Source: Collinsella sp.
Lineage (GTDB): Bacteria > Actinomycetota > Coriobacteriia > Coriobacteriales > Coriobacteriaceae
Direction: 5' to 3'
Assembly: GCA_018368055.1 (NCBI GenBank)
Contig: JAGZFB010000001.1
Location: 22,426-86,425 of the forward strand
Length of the DNA: 64,000 nt
Both the position numbers and the translations under genes were made by a program. Position 1 is the stretch's first letter. Every line of letters starts with the position of its first letter. The notes under the pieces were generated by a model. The model worked only from the letters and a program-made list of their open reading frames with translations. It was not told the DNA's origin and made no database searches. Positions 40,088 through 48,804 of the stretch are shown piece after piece.

Positions 40088-41264
40088 ACGTCGCCCCCAA
40101 TTTCCCGATAACTGCATCGGCGCCCGACGTGCGGAAAAGCTCGCGGCGCTCGGCGTCGAACACGACCGCGGCGATGTCGCATGCGCCCGCCGCGCGGCGG
40201 CGCAACCTGTCCTCAATTGCCGCAGCGAGCGAGGCGCGCGCAGCGTCCCCAACGCCGGCGGCCTCGATTACCTCGAGCGCCGCCGTGGTCGTGACGGACG
40301 ACATGATCTCGCGCACGGTCTTCGCGCCCGCGCCGGCCATGGCCGCGTGGGCGGCCAGAATCTCCGCGCGGCAGTCGGCGGTACGCGAATGGGTGTCCAT
40401 GATGCCGCCCGCGACCTTCACCAACTTGCCGATGTGTCCCACAAGAAGGACATTGGTAAATCCCTCGCGAACGCAGCAGTCAATCGCATCGCCCACAAAG
40501 TTGGAGATGAAGACCACCGGCGCACCGTTTAGGTGGAAATGCCCCGAGATGAACTGCCCGCCGTAGTTGCCGGGCGTGAGCACGACTCCGCGCCGCCCCA
40601 TAGCCGCATGCTGCCGGATCTCGAGCTCGATGCTGTCGCGCAAGGCAGCGAGGCTGCGCGGCTCGACGATGCCCGTCGTGCCCAGGATGGAGATGCCGCC
40701 CTCTATCCCCAGATGCGGGTTGAAGGTCTTTTTGGCAAGGGCAACACCCTCGGGTACCGAAATCGTCACAGCAATATTTCCAGAAAAGCCGTGCGCGGCG
40801 CACACCTCGCGCACCGCCGAAGTGATCATCGCGCGCGGCGTCGCGTTGATGGCGGCCGCCCCCACCGGCTGCTCGAGCCCGGGCAATGTCACGCGCCCCA
40901 CGCCCACGCCGCCATCGACGGAAACTTCCGATTCGCGCGCGGGCACGTCCTTGCTGCCCGCAGCACCCGTGCCCGACCCCGCATGTTCCACGTGCGCGTA
41001 CACGAGTACGCCGTCAGTCACATCGGCATCGTCGCCTGCGTCCTTTCGCACGGCGCACTGGGCGCACCCCTCGCCGATGCATGCGTCGACCACGTTCGCC
41101 TCGACGGGCAGCCCGCCGGGGGTGACGATCGACACGCGGCCGACGGGCTTTCGTGACAAAAGCATCTCGCAGGCCGCCTTCGCCGCGAGCGCGGCGCAGC
41201 TCCCCGTGGTGTAGCCGCAGCGCAGGCGGGTCGTCCCGGTATATATGTAGTGCTCGAAGGCCAC
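40080..41264 (-). CDS. cbiD: cobalt-precorrin-5B (C1)-methyltransferase
   Basis: LRCGYTTGSCAALAAKAA N-terminal signature of CbiD. Probable GTG start near 41264, adjacent to the cbiF stop. Confidence 0.85.
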   Translation of the reverse strand: MAFEHYIYTGTTRLRCGYTTGSCAALAAKAACEMLLSRKPVGRVSIVTPGGLPVEANVVDACIGEGCAQCAVRKDAGDDADVTDGVLVYAHVEHAGSGTGAAGSKDVPARESEVSVDGGVGVGRVTLPGLEQPVGAAAINATPRAMITSAVREVCAAHGFSGNIAVTISVPEGVALAKKTFNPHLGIEGGISILGTTGIVEPRSLAALRDSIELEIRQHAAMGRRGVVLTPGNYGGQFISGHFHLNGAPVVFISNFVGDAIDCCVREGFTNVLLVGHIGKLVKVAGGIMDTHSRTADCRAEILAAHAAMAGAGAKTVREIMSSVTTTAALEVIEAAGVGDAARASLAAAIEDRLRRRAAGACDIAAVVFDAERRELFRTSGADAVIGKLGATYE

Positions 41265-41265
41265 G

Positions 41266-42057
41266 CTAGCTGCTCGCCTTCCGATACCCCGTGGCAAACG
41301 AAGGGTCGTAAAGCTTGCTGCGCTCGTACGACTCTGCTTGCGCGCCGTTGTGCGAAAACCCGCCGCGAGCTCCGAGCACGCGGCCCACCACCACGAGCGC
41401 CGTGCGGTCGATGCCCTCTCGCGCGCCCGCATCGGCGAGCGTGCCCACTGTGCATCGCACCACGCGCTCCTCAGGCCAGGTCGCCTTGTACACGAGCGCG
41501 GCCGGCTCGTCGGAGCTGCGGCCCGCGGCCAAAAGCTCGGCGGAAAGCTCGGCGAGCATACCCGAGCTCAGGAAGATGACCATAGTCGAGCCACTTTCCG
41601 CCATGGTGCGCATGCCCTCGCCCGCGGGCATGGGGGTACGTCCGGAAAGCCGCGTGATCACGACCGACTGGCTGATTCCCGGCAGCGTGTATTCCTGGCG
41701 AAGCGCCGCCGCGGCACCGCAAAAGCTCGACACGCCGGGCACCACCTCGTAGTCCACGCCGCGCGCGTCGAGTGCGTCCATCTGCTCCTGGATGGCGCCG
41801 TACAGGCACGGGTCGCCCGTGTGCAGGCGCACCACTTCCTCGCCCCGCGCATCCGCCGCGCACATCACGTCGAGCACTTCCTCCAAGGTCATGTGCGCGC
41901 TGTCGTAGACGATGCAGGATTCCTTGCACTCAGCGAGCAGCTCGGGGTTCACAAGGCTTCCCGCCCAAACGACCACGTCGGCCGCGCGCAGAAGGCGCGC
42001 CCCGCGCAGCGTGATAAGGTCGGCGGCGCCCGAGCCTGCGCCAACGATATGAATCAT
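41266..42057 (-). CDS. cbiF: cobalt-precorrin-4 C11-methyltransferase
   Basis: MIHIVGAGSGAADLITLRG plus class III methylase core. First gene of the minus-strand operon. Confidence 0.85.
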   Translation of the reverse strand: MIHIVGAGSGAADLITLRGARLLRAADVVVWAGSLVNPELLAECKESCIVYDSAHMTLEEVLDVMCAADARGEEVVRLHTGDPCLYGAIQEQMDALDARGVDYEVVPGVSSFCGAAAALRQEYTLPGISQSVVITRLSGRTPMPAGEGMRTMAESGSTMVIFLSSGMLAELSAELLAAGRSSDEPAALVYKATWPEERVVRCTVGTLADAGAREGIDRTALVVVGRVLGARGGFSHNGAQAESYERSKLYDPSFATGYRKASS

Positions 42058-42289
42058 CCGAGCCTTCCCTTCCCGTTTCTCATCGCAACCGTTTACGCCG
42101 CCCTTCGCGCAGCGGGCAAAACACGGCGTCTGCGGCGGCAATCGGCGCAAATACGCAGGCAGGAGGCGCAATGCCGCCCGCCCTGGCTTTGACACGTTCA
42201 CAAGTGCCCACTATCATAGTAAAAGTTTCGGCAACGAGCATATGACAATCGGATAAAAGGAAATGACCGGCGCGGCGCCCGCACAGCCT

Positions 42290-42470
42290 GCGCTGGCTTG
42301 CGGAGGGAACCAGGTGGGAATCCTGGGCAAGGGACATTACTGTATAGGACGCGCGGGCGAACCGCCTCGCGCCCCAAGCCAGACTGCTTCGCCTTTTCCT
42401 CACGGCATCGCCGTGGCGTTAGCTCCTTGTGAACCCCGAGGGGTGCGCTTTTCTTTCGCTTGTGCCGACA
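42290..42470 (+). promoter_or_regulatory. candidate cobalamin (B12) riboswitch in the 5' leader of the cbiK-lipoprotein-ABC operon
   Basis: GGAGGGAACCAGGTGGGAATCCTGG matches the conserved GGGAA-N-GGTG-N-AATCC-GG core. Downstream are ACTGTA and a GCCAGACTG B12-box-like segment. A possible expression-platform hairpin (ccccgagggg + T-rich) lies before the RBS. Confidence 0.55.
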
Positions 42471-42515
42471 AGCAACTGTCGCCGGGGGACCGGCAAACCG
42501 AGGAAAGGAAAAACC

Positions 42516-43442
42516 ATGTCCGACCAGATGTCACGCCGCGGCTTCATGGGCGCCGCAGCAACCGGAGTCGTCGCGCTCGCCGGAGTCGCGCTCGCGGGCT
42601 GCTCCAACACCTCCGCGAGTTCCGAGAAATCGAGTGAAAAGGAGAAGGCCGTGAAGCCGGTCATCCTCGTCACGAGCTTCGGCACGAGCTACAACGACTC
42701 GCGCCACATCACCATCGGCGCCATCGAAGACGCTATCCGCGAGAAGTACTGGCAGGACTACGACATCCGCCGCGCCTTCACCGCGCAGATCATCATCGAC
42801 AAGCTGAAGAAGCGCGACGGCATCACGATCGACAACATGACCGAGGCGCTCGACCGCTGCGTGAAAGACGGCGTGAAGGAAATCGTCGTGCAGCCGACGC
42901 ATCTCATGGGTGGCCTGGAATACACCGACGTGAAAGACGAGCTCGACAAGTACGCCGACAAGTTCGACAAAATCTCGCTCGGCGACCCGCTGCTCACCTC
43001 CGACGACGACTACAAGAAGGTGTGCGCAGCCATTAAGGAGAACATGGCGTCCTTCGACGACGGCAAGACGGCGCTGTGCCTCATGGGCCACGGCACCGAA
43101 GCCGATTCCAACGCCGACTATGCCAAGATGCAGGAAGTGTTTAAGAACGAGGGCTTGACGCAGTTCTTCGTCGGCACCGTCGAGGCTGAACCGACCTGCG
43201 AGGATGTTATCGCCGCCGCGAGCGCCGCAGGCTACAAGAAGGCCGTGCTCGCGCCGTTCATGGTGGTCGCGGGCGACCACGCGAACAACGACATGGCAGA
43301 CGAGACCGACCCCGACAGCTGGGCTGCGAAGTTCGTGGCTGCCGGCTTCGAAGTGACGTGCCTGCTCCAGGGTCTGGGACAGAACGTCGCGGTCGACGAC
43401 ATCTACGTCGCGCACGTGGACGACGCCATCGCCAAGCTGTAA
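42516..43442 (+). CDS. cbiK: sirohydrochlorin cobaltochelatase CbiK-like, exported lipoprotein form
   Basis: Tat-like RRGFMGAAATG followed by lipobox LAGC. Mature domain has the CbiK class II chelatase fold with conserved His residues. GAGGAAAGG RBS. Confidence 0.75.
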   Translation: MSDQMSRRGFMGAAATGVVALAGVALAGCSNTSASSEKSSEKEKAVKPVILVTSFGTSYNDSRHITIGAIEDAIREKYWQDYDIRRAFTAQIIIDKLKKRDGITIDNMTEALDRCVKDGVKEIVVQPTHLMGGLEYTDVKDELDKYADKFDKISLGDPLLTSDDDYKKVCAAIKENMASFDDGKTALCLMGHGTEADSNADYAKMQEVFKNEGLTQFFVGTVEAEPTCEDVIAAASAAGYKKAVLAPFMVVAGDHANNDMADETDPDSWAAKFVAAGFEVTCLLQGLGQNVAVDDIYVAHVDDAIAKL

Positions 43443-43477
43443 ACTCGCCGCGCACGGGGGCGCCGGTCGCGTCCCCG

Positions 43478-43524
43478 TGCAACGGGCATGCGCCTTCCCC
43501 GACTGACGGCGCATGCCCGTTGCA
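43478..43524 (+). promoter_or_regulatory. 17-bp perfect hairpin (tgcaacgggcatgcgcc / ggcgcatgcccgttgca) between cbiK and the lipoprotein gene
   Basis: Perfect inverted repeat with 13-nt loop and no T tract. May be an intra-operon stabiliser or attenuator. Confidence 0.4.
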
Positions 43525-43587
43525 TTCGCATCCCGCCCGCCCACCGCACGGCGCGGGCGGTCGAAGCGATTGAAAGGAACCCCCTCC

Positions 43588-44121
43588 ATGTTGAAGAAAA
43601 CCCTCGCCTTCGCCCTGTCGGCGGCGCTTTTCGCGTTCTCGCTCGCCGGCTGCGGCGGAAATTCAATCGACAGCGCAAAGGCAAGCGATGCCGATTCCCA
43701 GGAAAAGACCGAACAGGCGGCCGATGCGCCCGAGGGCGCAAGCGCTGCCCCCATCACCGCCGACAAGGTGGCCGACGGCACCTATCCGATCACCGTAGAT
43801 TCCAGCTCGAACATGTTCAGGATTGTGGATGCCCAGCTCATCGTGGAAAACGGCTCCATGCACTGCGTGATGACACTTTCCGGCACGGGCTACGGCAAGC
43901 TCTTCATGGGCACGGGCGACGAGGCTGCCGCCGCGAGCGAGGCCGACTTCATCCCCTATGTGGAAAACGCGGAAGGCAAGTACACCTACGACGTGCCCGT
44001 TGATGCGCTCGACGAGGACACCGCCTGCGCCGCGTGGAGCATTAAAAGGGAGCGGTGGTACGACCGCACGCTCGTATTCGAATCCGCCGGCGTCGATCTG
44101 CGCGCCGACGCACTGAAGTAA
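43588..44121 (+). CDS. small lipoprotein, unknown function; domain homologous to the N-terminus of the downstream binding protein
   Basis: Signal peptide with LAGC lipobox. About 150-aa mature domain containing ...YTYDVPVDALDEDTA....RTLVFES, paralleled by FEIPVTLDEDIA....YTLHFDS in the next gene. Confidence 0.7.
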   Translation: MLKKTLAFALSAALFAFSLAGCGGNSIDSAKASDADSQEKTEQAADAPEGASAAPITADKVADGTYPITVDSSSNMFRIVDAQLIVENGSMHCVMTLSGTGYGKLFMGTGDEAAAASEADFIPYVENAEGKYTYDVPVDALDEDTACAAWSIKRERWYDRTLVFESAGVDLRADALK

Positions 44122-44125
44122 CGCC

Positions 44126-45697
44126 ATGCGGTCGATTCTTCCCAAGGGGGAAAACAGGAAGCGCCGCAGCATCGCGGCGCGCGCGATCGCCTGCGTTCTC
44201 GTCGCCCTGCTCGCGCTTCCCTTCGCGGGGTGCAGTGCGAGCCCGAACGTGACCGGTGCCACGGCGGGCTCTCAGGAATACACTGTGAGCGTCTCGCTTT
44301 CCGGCGGGTCAGGGCGCGCAAGCATCGCCTCGCCCACCACAATTGTGAAGGATGGCGACACCTACACCGCGACCATCACCTGGTCGAGTTCGAACTACGA
44401 CAAGATGACCGTCGACGGCGTGGACTACGCGCCCGTAAACGACGGCGGCAACTCCACGTTCGAGATACCCGTCACGCTCGACGAGGACATCGCCGTGTCG
44501 GCCGAGACCGTCGCCATGTCGACGCCGCACACCATCGACTACACGCTCCACTTCGACTCATCCACCATGAAGGAGAAATCGGGCGACGATGCAAGCGGCG
44601 GCTCCCCTGCGGGAACGGCTTCAAGCGCCGCGGCCGACTTCCACAACGCTGATTTGGGCTGCGGCTGGGAGCCGACGGGGGCGCTTCAGCTTGAATACGC
44701 CAAGCACTTCACTGTCGACGAGTTCGAAGGCGGCTTGCGGCTTATCTGCGTTTCGAACGGGGAGCGCTTCCTCGTGGTGCCGCAAGATGCGAAGGTACCT
44801 GACGGGTTGAGCTCCGACATCGCGGTCATAAGACGCCCCGCCGACAAGGTGTACCTCGTGTCGTCGGCGACGATGTGCCTGGTCGACGCGCTCGATGCGA
44901 ACGACAATATCTTAATGTCGGGCACGAAGGCCGACGATTGCTCGGTCGCGGGCTTCAAAAGCGCGCTCGAAAGTGGGGCGATCGCCTACGGCGGCAAGTA
45001 CAGCGCGCCCGACTACGAGCGAATATCGGCCTCGGGCTGCACGCTCGCCATCGAGAACACCATGATCAACCACACGCCCGATGTGAAGGAAAAGCTGCAG
45101 AAGCTCGGGCTCGTCGTGCTCACCGAACAGTCGTCGAGCGAGCCCGAAGCACTCGGACGCGTCGAGTGGATTAAGCTTTTCGGCGTCCTGTTCGACAAGG
45201 AAGAGGAGGCCGCGCACCTGTTCAACGAGCAGAAGGCCCGCGTCGAGCAAACGTCGGGGCTCGCGTCGTCAGGTAAAACCGTGGCGTATTTCTACATTAA
45301 CTCGAACGGGGCCGCCGTCACGCGGCGGAGGGGCGACTACGTGGCGCAGATGATCGAGCTCGCAGGCGGCAGCTACGCGCTCGATGACGCACAGACGGCG
45401 TCGACGTCAGGTTCGTCAGTAACGCTCGAAATGGAGCGCTTCTATGCGACGGCGAAGGATGCCGACATCATCGTCTACAACGGCACCATCGACGAATCGG
45501 TTGCCACCTTGAGCGACTTCGTAAGCAAAAACGCGCTATTGTCGCAGTTCAAAGCCGTGAAGAACGGCAACGTCTGGGTCACAAGCGCCGACATGTACCA
45601 GCAGATGACTTCTACCGCCGACATTATCGACGAGCTGCACGGGGCGTTCACCGGCGATGACACGAGTGACTTCCATTATCTGAGGAAGCTCGGCTAG
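44126..45697 (+). CDS. ABC transporter substrate-binding lipoprotein, class III (BtuF/FhuD/HmuT-like) with extra N-terminal domain
   Basis: Lipobox FAGC. About 180-aa N-terminal domain homologous to the preceding lipoprotein, then a periplasmic-binding-protein type III domain (KVYLVSSATMCLVDAL...GGKYSAPDYERI...). Confidence 0.75.
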   Translation: MRSILPKGENRKRRSIAARAIACVLVALLALPFAGCSASPNVTGATAGSQEYTVSVSLSGGSGRASIASPTTIVKDGDTYTATITWSSSNYDKMTVDGVDYAPVNDGGNSTFEIPVTLDEDIAVSAETVAMSTPHTIDYTLHFDSSTMKEKSGDDASGGSPAGTASSAAADFHNADLGCGWEPTGALQLEYAKHFTVDEFEGGLRLICVSNGERFLVVPQDAKVPDGLSSDIAVIRRPADKVYLVSSATMCLVDALDANDNILMSGTKADDCSVAGFKSALESGAIAYGGKYSAPDYERISASGCTLAIENTMINHTPDVKEKLQKLGLVVLTEQSSSEPEALGRVEWIKLFGVLFDKEEEAAHLFNEQKARVEQTSGLASSGKTVAYFYINSNGAAVTRRRGDYVAQMIELAGGSYALDDAQTASTSGSSVTLEMERFYATAKDADIIVYNGTIDESVATLSDFVSKNALLSQFKAVKNGNVWVTSADMYQQMTSTADIIDELHGAFTGDDTSDFHYLRKLG

Positions 45698-45701
45698 CGC
45701 C

Positions 45702-46742
45702 ATGAGAAGCCGGCTTACCATGGCATACGACGAATCGGGGCGCGCCGCGCGGTGTCGCGTCGTGACGGCGCTGCTCGCTGTTGCCCTCATCGTGCTCGTC
45801 GGGGCCAACCTGTGCATCGGGAGCGTGCTCGTGCCCGCAGACCACATCCCCGACATCCTTTCGGGCGGCGCGGCCAATTCCATGGAAAGCCAGGTCATCT
45901 GGGAGATTCGCCTGCCGCGCGTGCTTTCAGCCATACTTCTCGGCGGGGCACTTTCGCTCTCCGGGTTCCTGCTGCAGACGTTTTTCAACAACCCCATCGC
46001 CGACCCGTTCATCTTGGGCGTCTCCTCGGGCGCAAAGTTCGTCGTCGCGCTTACGATGATCGTGCTTCTGGGCGCGAACCAGGCCATGTCCTCGCCGGTC
46101 ATGGTGGCCGCAGCGTTTCTGGGATCGCTTATCACCATCGGCTTCGTGCTCCTCATCGCACGGCGCATAAGTTCCATGGCCATGCTCATCGTGGCGGGCG
46201 TCATGGTGGGATACATCTGCTCGGCGGCGACGAACTTCCTCATCGCCTTCGCCGACGACCAGTCCATCGTGAACCTGCACAACTGGTCTTTGGGTAGCTT
46301 CTCGGGTTCGAGCTGGGACGACGTCGCGGTCATCGCGGTCGTGGTGATCACCGTGAGCGCATGCGTATTCGCGATATCGAAGCCCCTTTCCGCCTTCCAG
46401 CTGGGAGAAGCCTACGCAAAAAGCGTCGGCGTGAACGTCGCACGCTTCCGCGTGGTGCTCGTCCTTCTAGCAAGCATGCTCTCCGCCTGCGTGACCGCGT
46501 TCGCTGGTCCGGTGTCGTTCGTAGGCATCGCGGTTCCGCATCTCGTTAAGTCGGCGCTGAAGTCGTCGAAGCCCATCCGCGTGATTCCTGCGTGCTTCTT
46601 GGGAGGCGCCATCTTCTGCGCGGGCTGCGATTTGATCGCACGCACGCTGTTCTCCCCCGTCGAGCTTTCCATCAGCGCCGTCACCGCCATCTTCGGCGCG
46701 CCGGTGGTTATCGCACTCATGTTGAAGAAGCGGGTGAGGTAG
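45702..46742 (+). CDS. iron-chelate/cobalamin-type ABC transporter permease (FecCD/BtuC family)
   Basis: 346 aa, about 9-10 TM helices, typical FecCD motifs (LLGGALSLSG, GIAVPHL). Confidence 0.88.
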   Translation: MRSRLTMAYDESGRAARCRVVTALLAVALIVLVGANLCIGSVLVPADHIPDILSGGAANSMESQVIWEIRLPRVLSAILLGGALSLSGFLLQTFFNNPIADPFILGVSSGAKFVVALTMIVLLGANQAMSSPVMVAAAFLGSLITIGFVLLIARRISSMAMLIVAGVMVGYICSAATNFLIAFADDQSIVNLHNWSLGSFSGSSWDDVAVIAVVVITVSACVFAISKPLSAFQLGEAYAKSVGVNVARFRVVLVLLASMLSACVTAFAGPVSFVGIAVPHLVKSALKSSKPIRVIPACFLGGAIFCAGCDLIARTLFSPVELSISAVTAIFGAPVVIALMLKKRVR

Positions 46743-47981
46743 ATGGGGAAATTCGTGCCGCAGCCCAAAACGCTCGGAGGGGAGTCGAACCTCGAAACCC
46801 CGGTCGAAACGCAGGCTGACGGAGCGCCGCTTTTCCGCATAAGCGACCTGTCGGCGGGTTACGACAAGAAGGTCGTAGTCGAAGGCGTCGATCTGGAGGT
46901 TCGCGCGGGCGACGTCGTGGCGCTCATCGGGCCGAACGGCTCGGGCAAGTCGACCATCTTGAAAACAATCACACGCCATCTGGCACCGCATGCCGGCACG
47001 GTCGAGCTCGACGGGCGAGAGATTTCCCGATGGAAGACGGCGGAGTTCGCAAGGAACCTTGCCGTTATGCTGACAGATCGCCCCCGGACCGAGCTCCTCA
47101 CCTGCCGCGATATCGTAGAGGCGGGAAGGCATCCCTACACCGGGCGAATGGGCACACTCACGCCCGATGACCATAATCGGGTCGACGAGGCCATGAAAAC
47201 CGCACATGTGGAAGGGCTCGCCGAGCGCGACTTCATGCAGATAAGCGACGGGCAACGCCAGCGCGTCATGCTCGCACGCGCCATCGCGCAGGATCCGCGT
47301 GTGCTCGTGCTCGATGAGCCCACGTCGTATCTCGATATCCGCTACCAGATCGACCTGCTGCGAATACTTCGCCACCTTGCGAAATCGCGGAATGTTGCTG
47401 TCATCATGTCCATCCACGAACTCGAGCTCGCGCAGAAAAGCGCCGACAAGGTGATTTGCGTGAAGGACGGCCGGGTCTTCCGCGCCGGCGCACCCGAGGA
47501 CATATTCACGCGCGAGACGATTGGCGAGCTCTACGGCCTTCAACATGGCACCTTCAACGAGCGCTTCGGCAGCGTGGAAATTGGGCGCCCACACGGCGAT
47601 GCGCACACGTTCGTCATCGCCGGCGCAGGTACGGGGTCAGCTGTGTTTCGCCAGCTCATCCGGCAGGGCAAGGCGTTCTACGCGGGCATTCTGCACGAAG
47701 GGGACATCGACTGCGAGCTCGCGCGCGACCTGGCGACGGAATGCGTGGCCGAGCGCGCCTTCGAGCCGATCGGGGATAAAACCATAGCCCGCGCCAAAGA
47801 GCTCCTCGTCCACTGCGCGCGCCTTATCGTGTGCCCCGCCGCCTTCGGCACCATAAACGCCCGCAACGCAGAGCTCGTCGAGTTCGCACGATCGCATGGT
47901 ATCGAGGTCATGCGAGCGTGCGAAGGCGCATCGGAGGATTCCAAAATTGGAGTGGGAAGGATAAACTGGACTTTCTTTTAA
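46743..47981 (+). CDS. ABC transporter ATP-binding protein (FepC/BtuD-like) with approx. 150-aa C-terminal extension
   Basis: Walker A GPNGSGKST, signature ISDGQRQRV, Walker B LVLDEPT within the first about 260 aa. An additional C-terminal domain (HTFVIAGAGTGSAVFRQLIRQGKAFYAGILHEGDIDCELARDL...) follows. Confidence 0.8.
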   Translation: MGKFVPQPKTLGGESNLETPVETQADGAPLFRISDLSAGYDKKVVVEGVDLEVRAGDVVALIGPNGSGKSTILKTITRHLAPHAGTVELDGREISRWKTAEFARNLAVMLTDRPRTELLTCRDIVEAGRHPYTGRMGTLTPDDHNRVDEAMKTAHVEGLAERDFMQISDGQRQRVMLARAIAQDPRVLVLDEPTSYLDIRYQIDLLRILRHLAKSRNVAVIMSIHELELAQKSADKVICVKDGRVFRAGAPEDIFTRETIGELYGLQHGTFNERFGSVEIGRPHGDAHTFVIAGAGTGSAVFRQLIRQGKAFYAGILHEGDIDCELARDLATECVAERAFEPIGDKTIARAKELLVHCARLIVCPAAFGTINARNAELVEFARSHGIEVMRACEGASEDSKIGVGRINWTFF

Positions 47982-48076
47982 GGATCCTCAGGCTACAGCT
48001 CCTACGCCGGCAAGGTCTCCAAGGCGCCGGAGAACCTCAGGAACAGGAATTTCCACGCCGACGAGCCCAACTAGGC

Positions 48077-48688
48077 CTAATCCAAGCGAGATTCCAGACT
48101 CGACAGACCATTGAGAGTCAGATCGTTGGCGACCTCAGAGACGCGCTCGATAGGAACCGAGCCGTCAGACAGCGCCCACGTGCGATAGATACCGATAATA
48201 CCCGACAGCAAAAACGCCAGATAGTAGTCGAACATCTCGTCCTTGAGACCTTGGGGCAGCAGATCGCGCTCGGCAATCTCATGTTCGAGCGGCGCACGAA
48301 GACGAGCCATGAAATCATCGAGCGGAATATTCTCGATCAGCTGACGATTGAGCACTAAGTTGTTGCACAGTGCCTCATTAACGGTTTTAAAGAAGGTCGC
48401 CGCCGCGCCAAGAGCGCGCTCGCTGGTGTCACCGTCCATAGAAGCAAGCGTTTTCTCGACCGAGTCGACAATCATCTCCACCACATCGACGGCAATGGCA
48501 TCGAGCAGGCCGTCAACCGTACCAAAGTGAACGTAAAAGGTCTTGCGGTCGACATTGGCCTCGCGCGCGATGGCACTCACCGTAATGTCTGCCAGCGGCT
48601 TTTCCATGAGCAGGCGCTCGAAAGCCGAAAGGATGGCATTACGGCTGCGAATGATGCGACGATCAAGACGCGGTTTGCTGGTTGCCAT
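48077..48688 (-). CDS. TetR/AcrR family transcriptional regulator
   Basis: N-terminal HTH (ITVSAIAREANVDRKTFYVHF) typical of TetR. Confidence 0.85.
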   Translation of the reverse strand: MATSKPRLDRRIIRSRNAILSAFERLLMEKPLADITVSAIAREANVDRKTFYVHFGTVDGLLDAIAVDVVEMIVDSVEKTLASMDGDTSERALGAAATFFKTVNEALCNNLVLNRQLIENIPLDDFMARLRAPLEHEIAERDLLPQGLKDEMFDYYLAFLLSGIIGIYRTWALSDGSVPIERVSEVANDLTLNGLSSLESRLD

Positions 48689-48743
48689 GGGCGTGTCCCT
48701 TCGATATGCAAGCATTCATCAACAGATGAGAGATAATCTACGT

Positions 48744-48767
48744 AAGAGGATTATCCCCCATACAGCA
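48744..48767. promoter_or_regulatory. candidate TetR operator: GATAATC-N10-GATTATC inverted repeat upstream of the tetR gene
   Basis: Perfect 7-bp inverted repeat 56 bp upstream of the TetR start codon. Confidence 0.3.
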
Positions 48768-48804
48768 CAAATATGCCCTGCATCATGAAGAACGCACGAC
48801 TGCC

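Noticed and set aside
42058-42290. Second cobalamin riboswitch on the minus strand leading into cbiF
   Set aside because: The reverse complement lacks the GGGAA..GGTG..AATCC core and B12 box. The operon may be controlled differently or share the divergent region in a way not visible by eye.
26050-48000. Hypothesis that the cobalamin biosynthesis + importer region is a horizontally acquired GC-rich island bounded by the 26.0-kb inverted-repeat element
   Set aside because: Spot checks show other housekeeping regions (sdaA, fruK) reach 70-75% GC while the glg and transpeptidase regions are 47-63%. Composition is heterogeneous throughout. No integrase, tRNA-adjacent attachment site or direct repeats were found.
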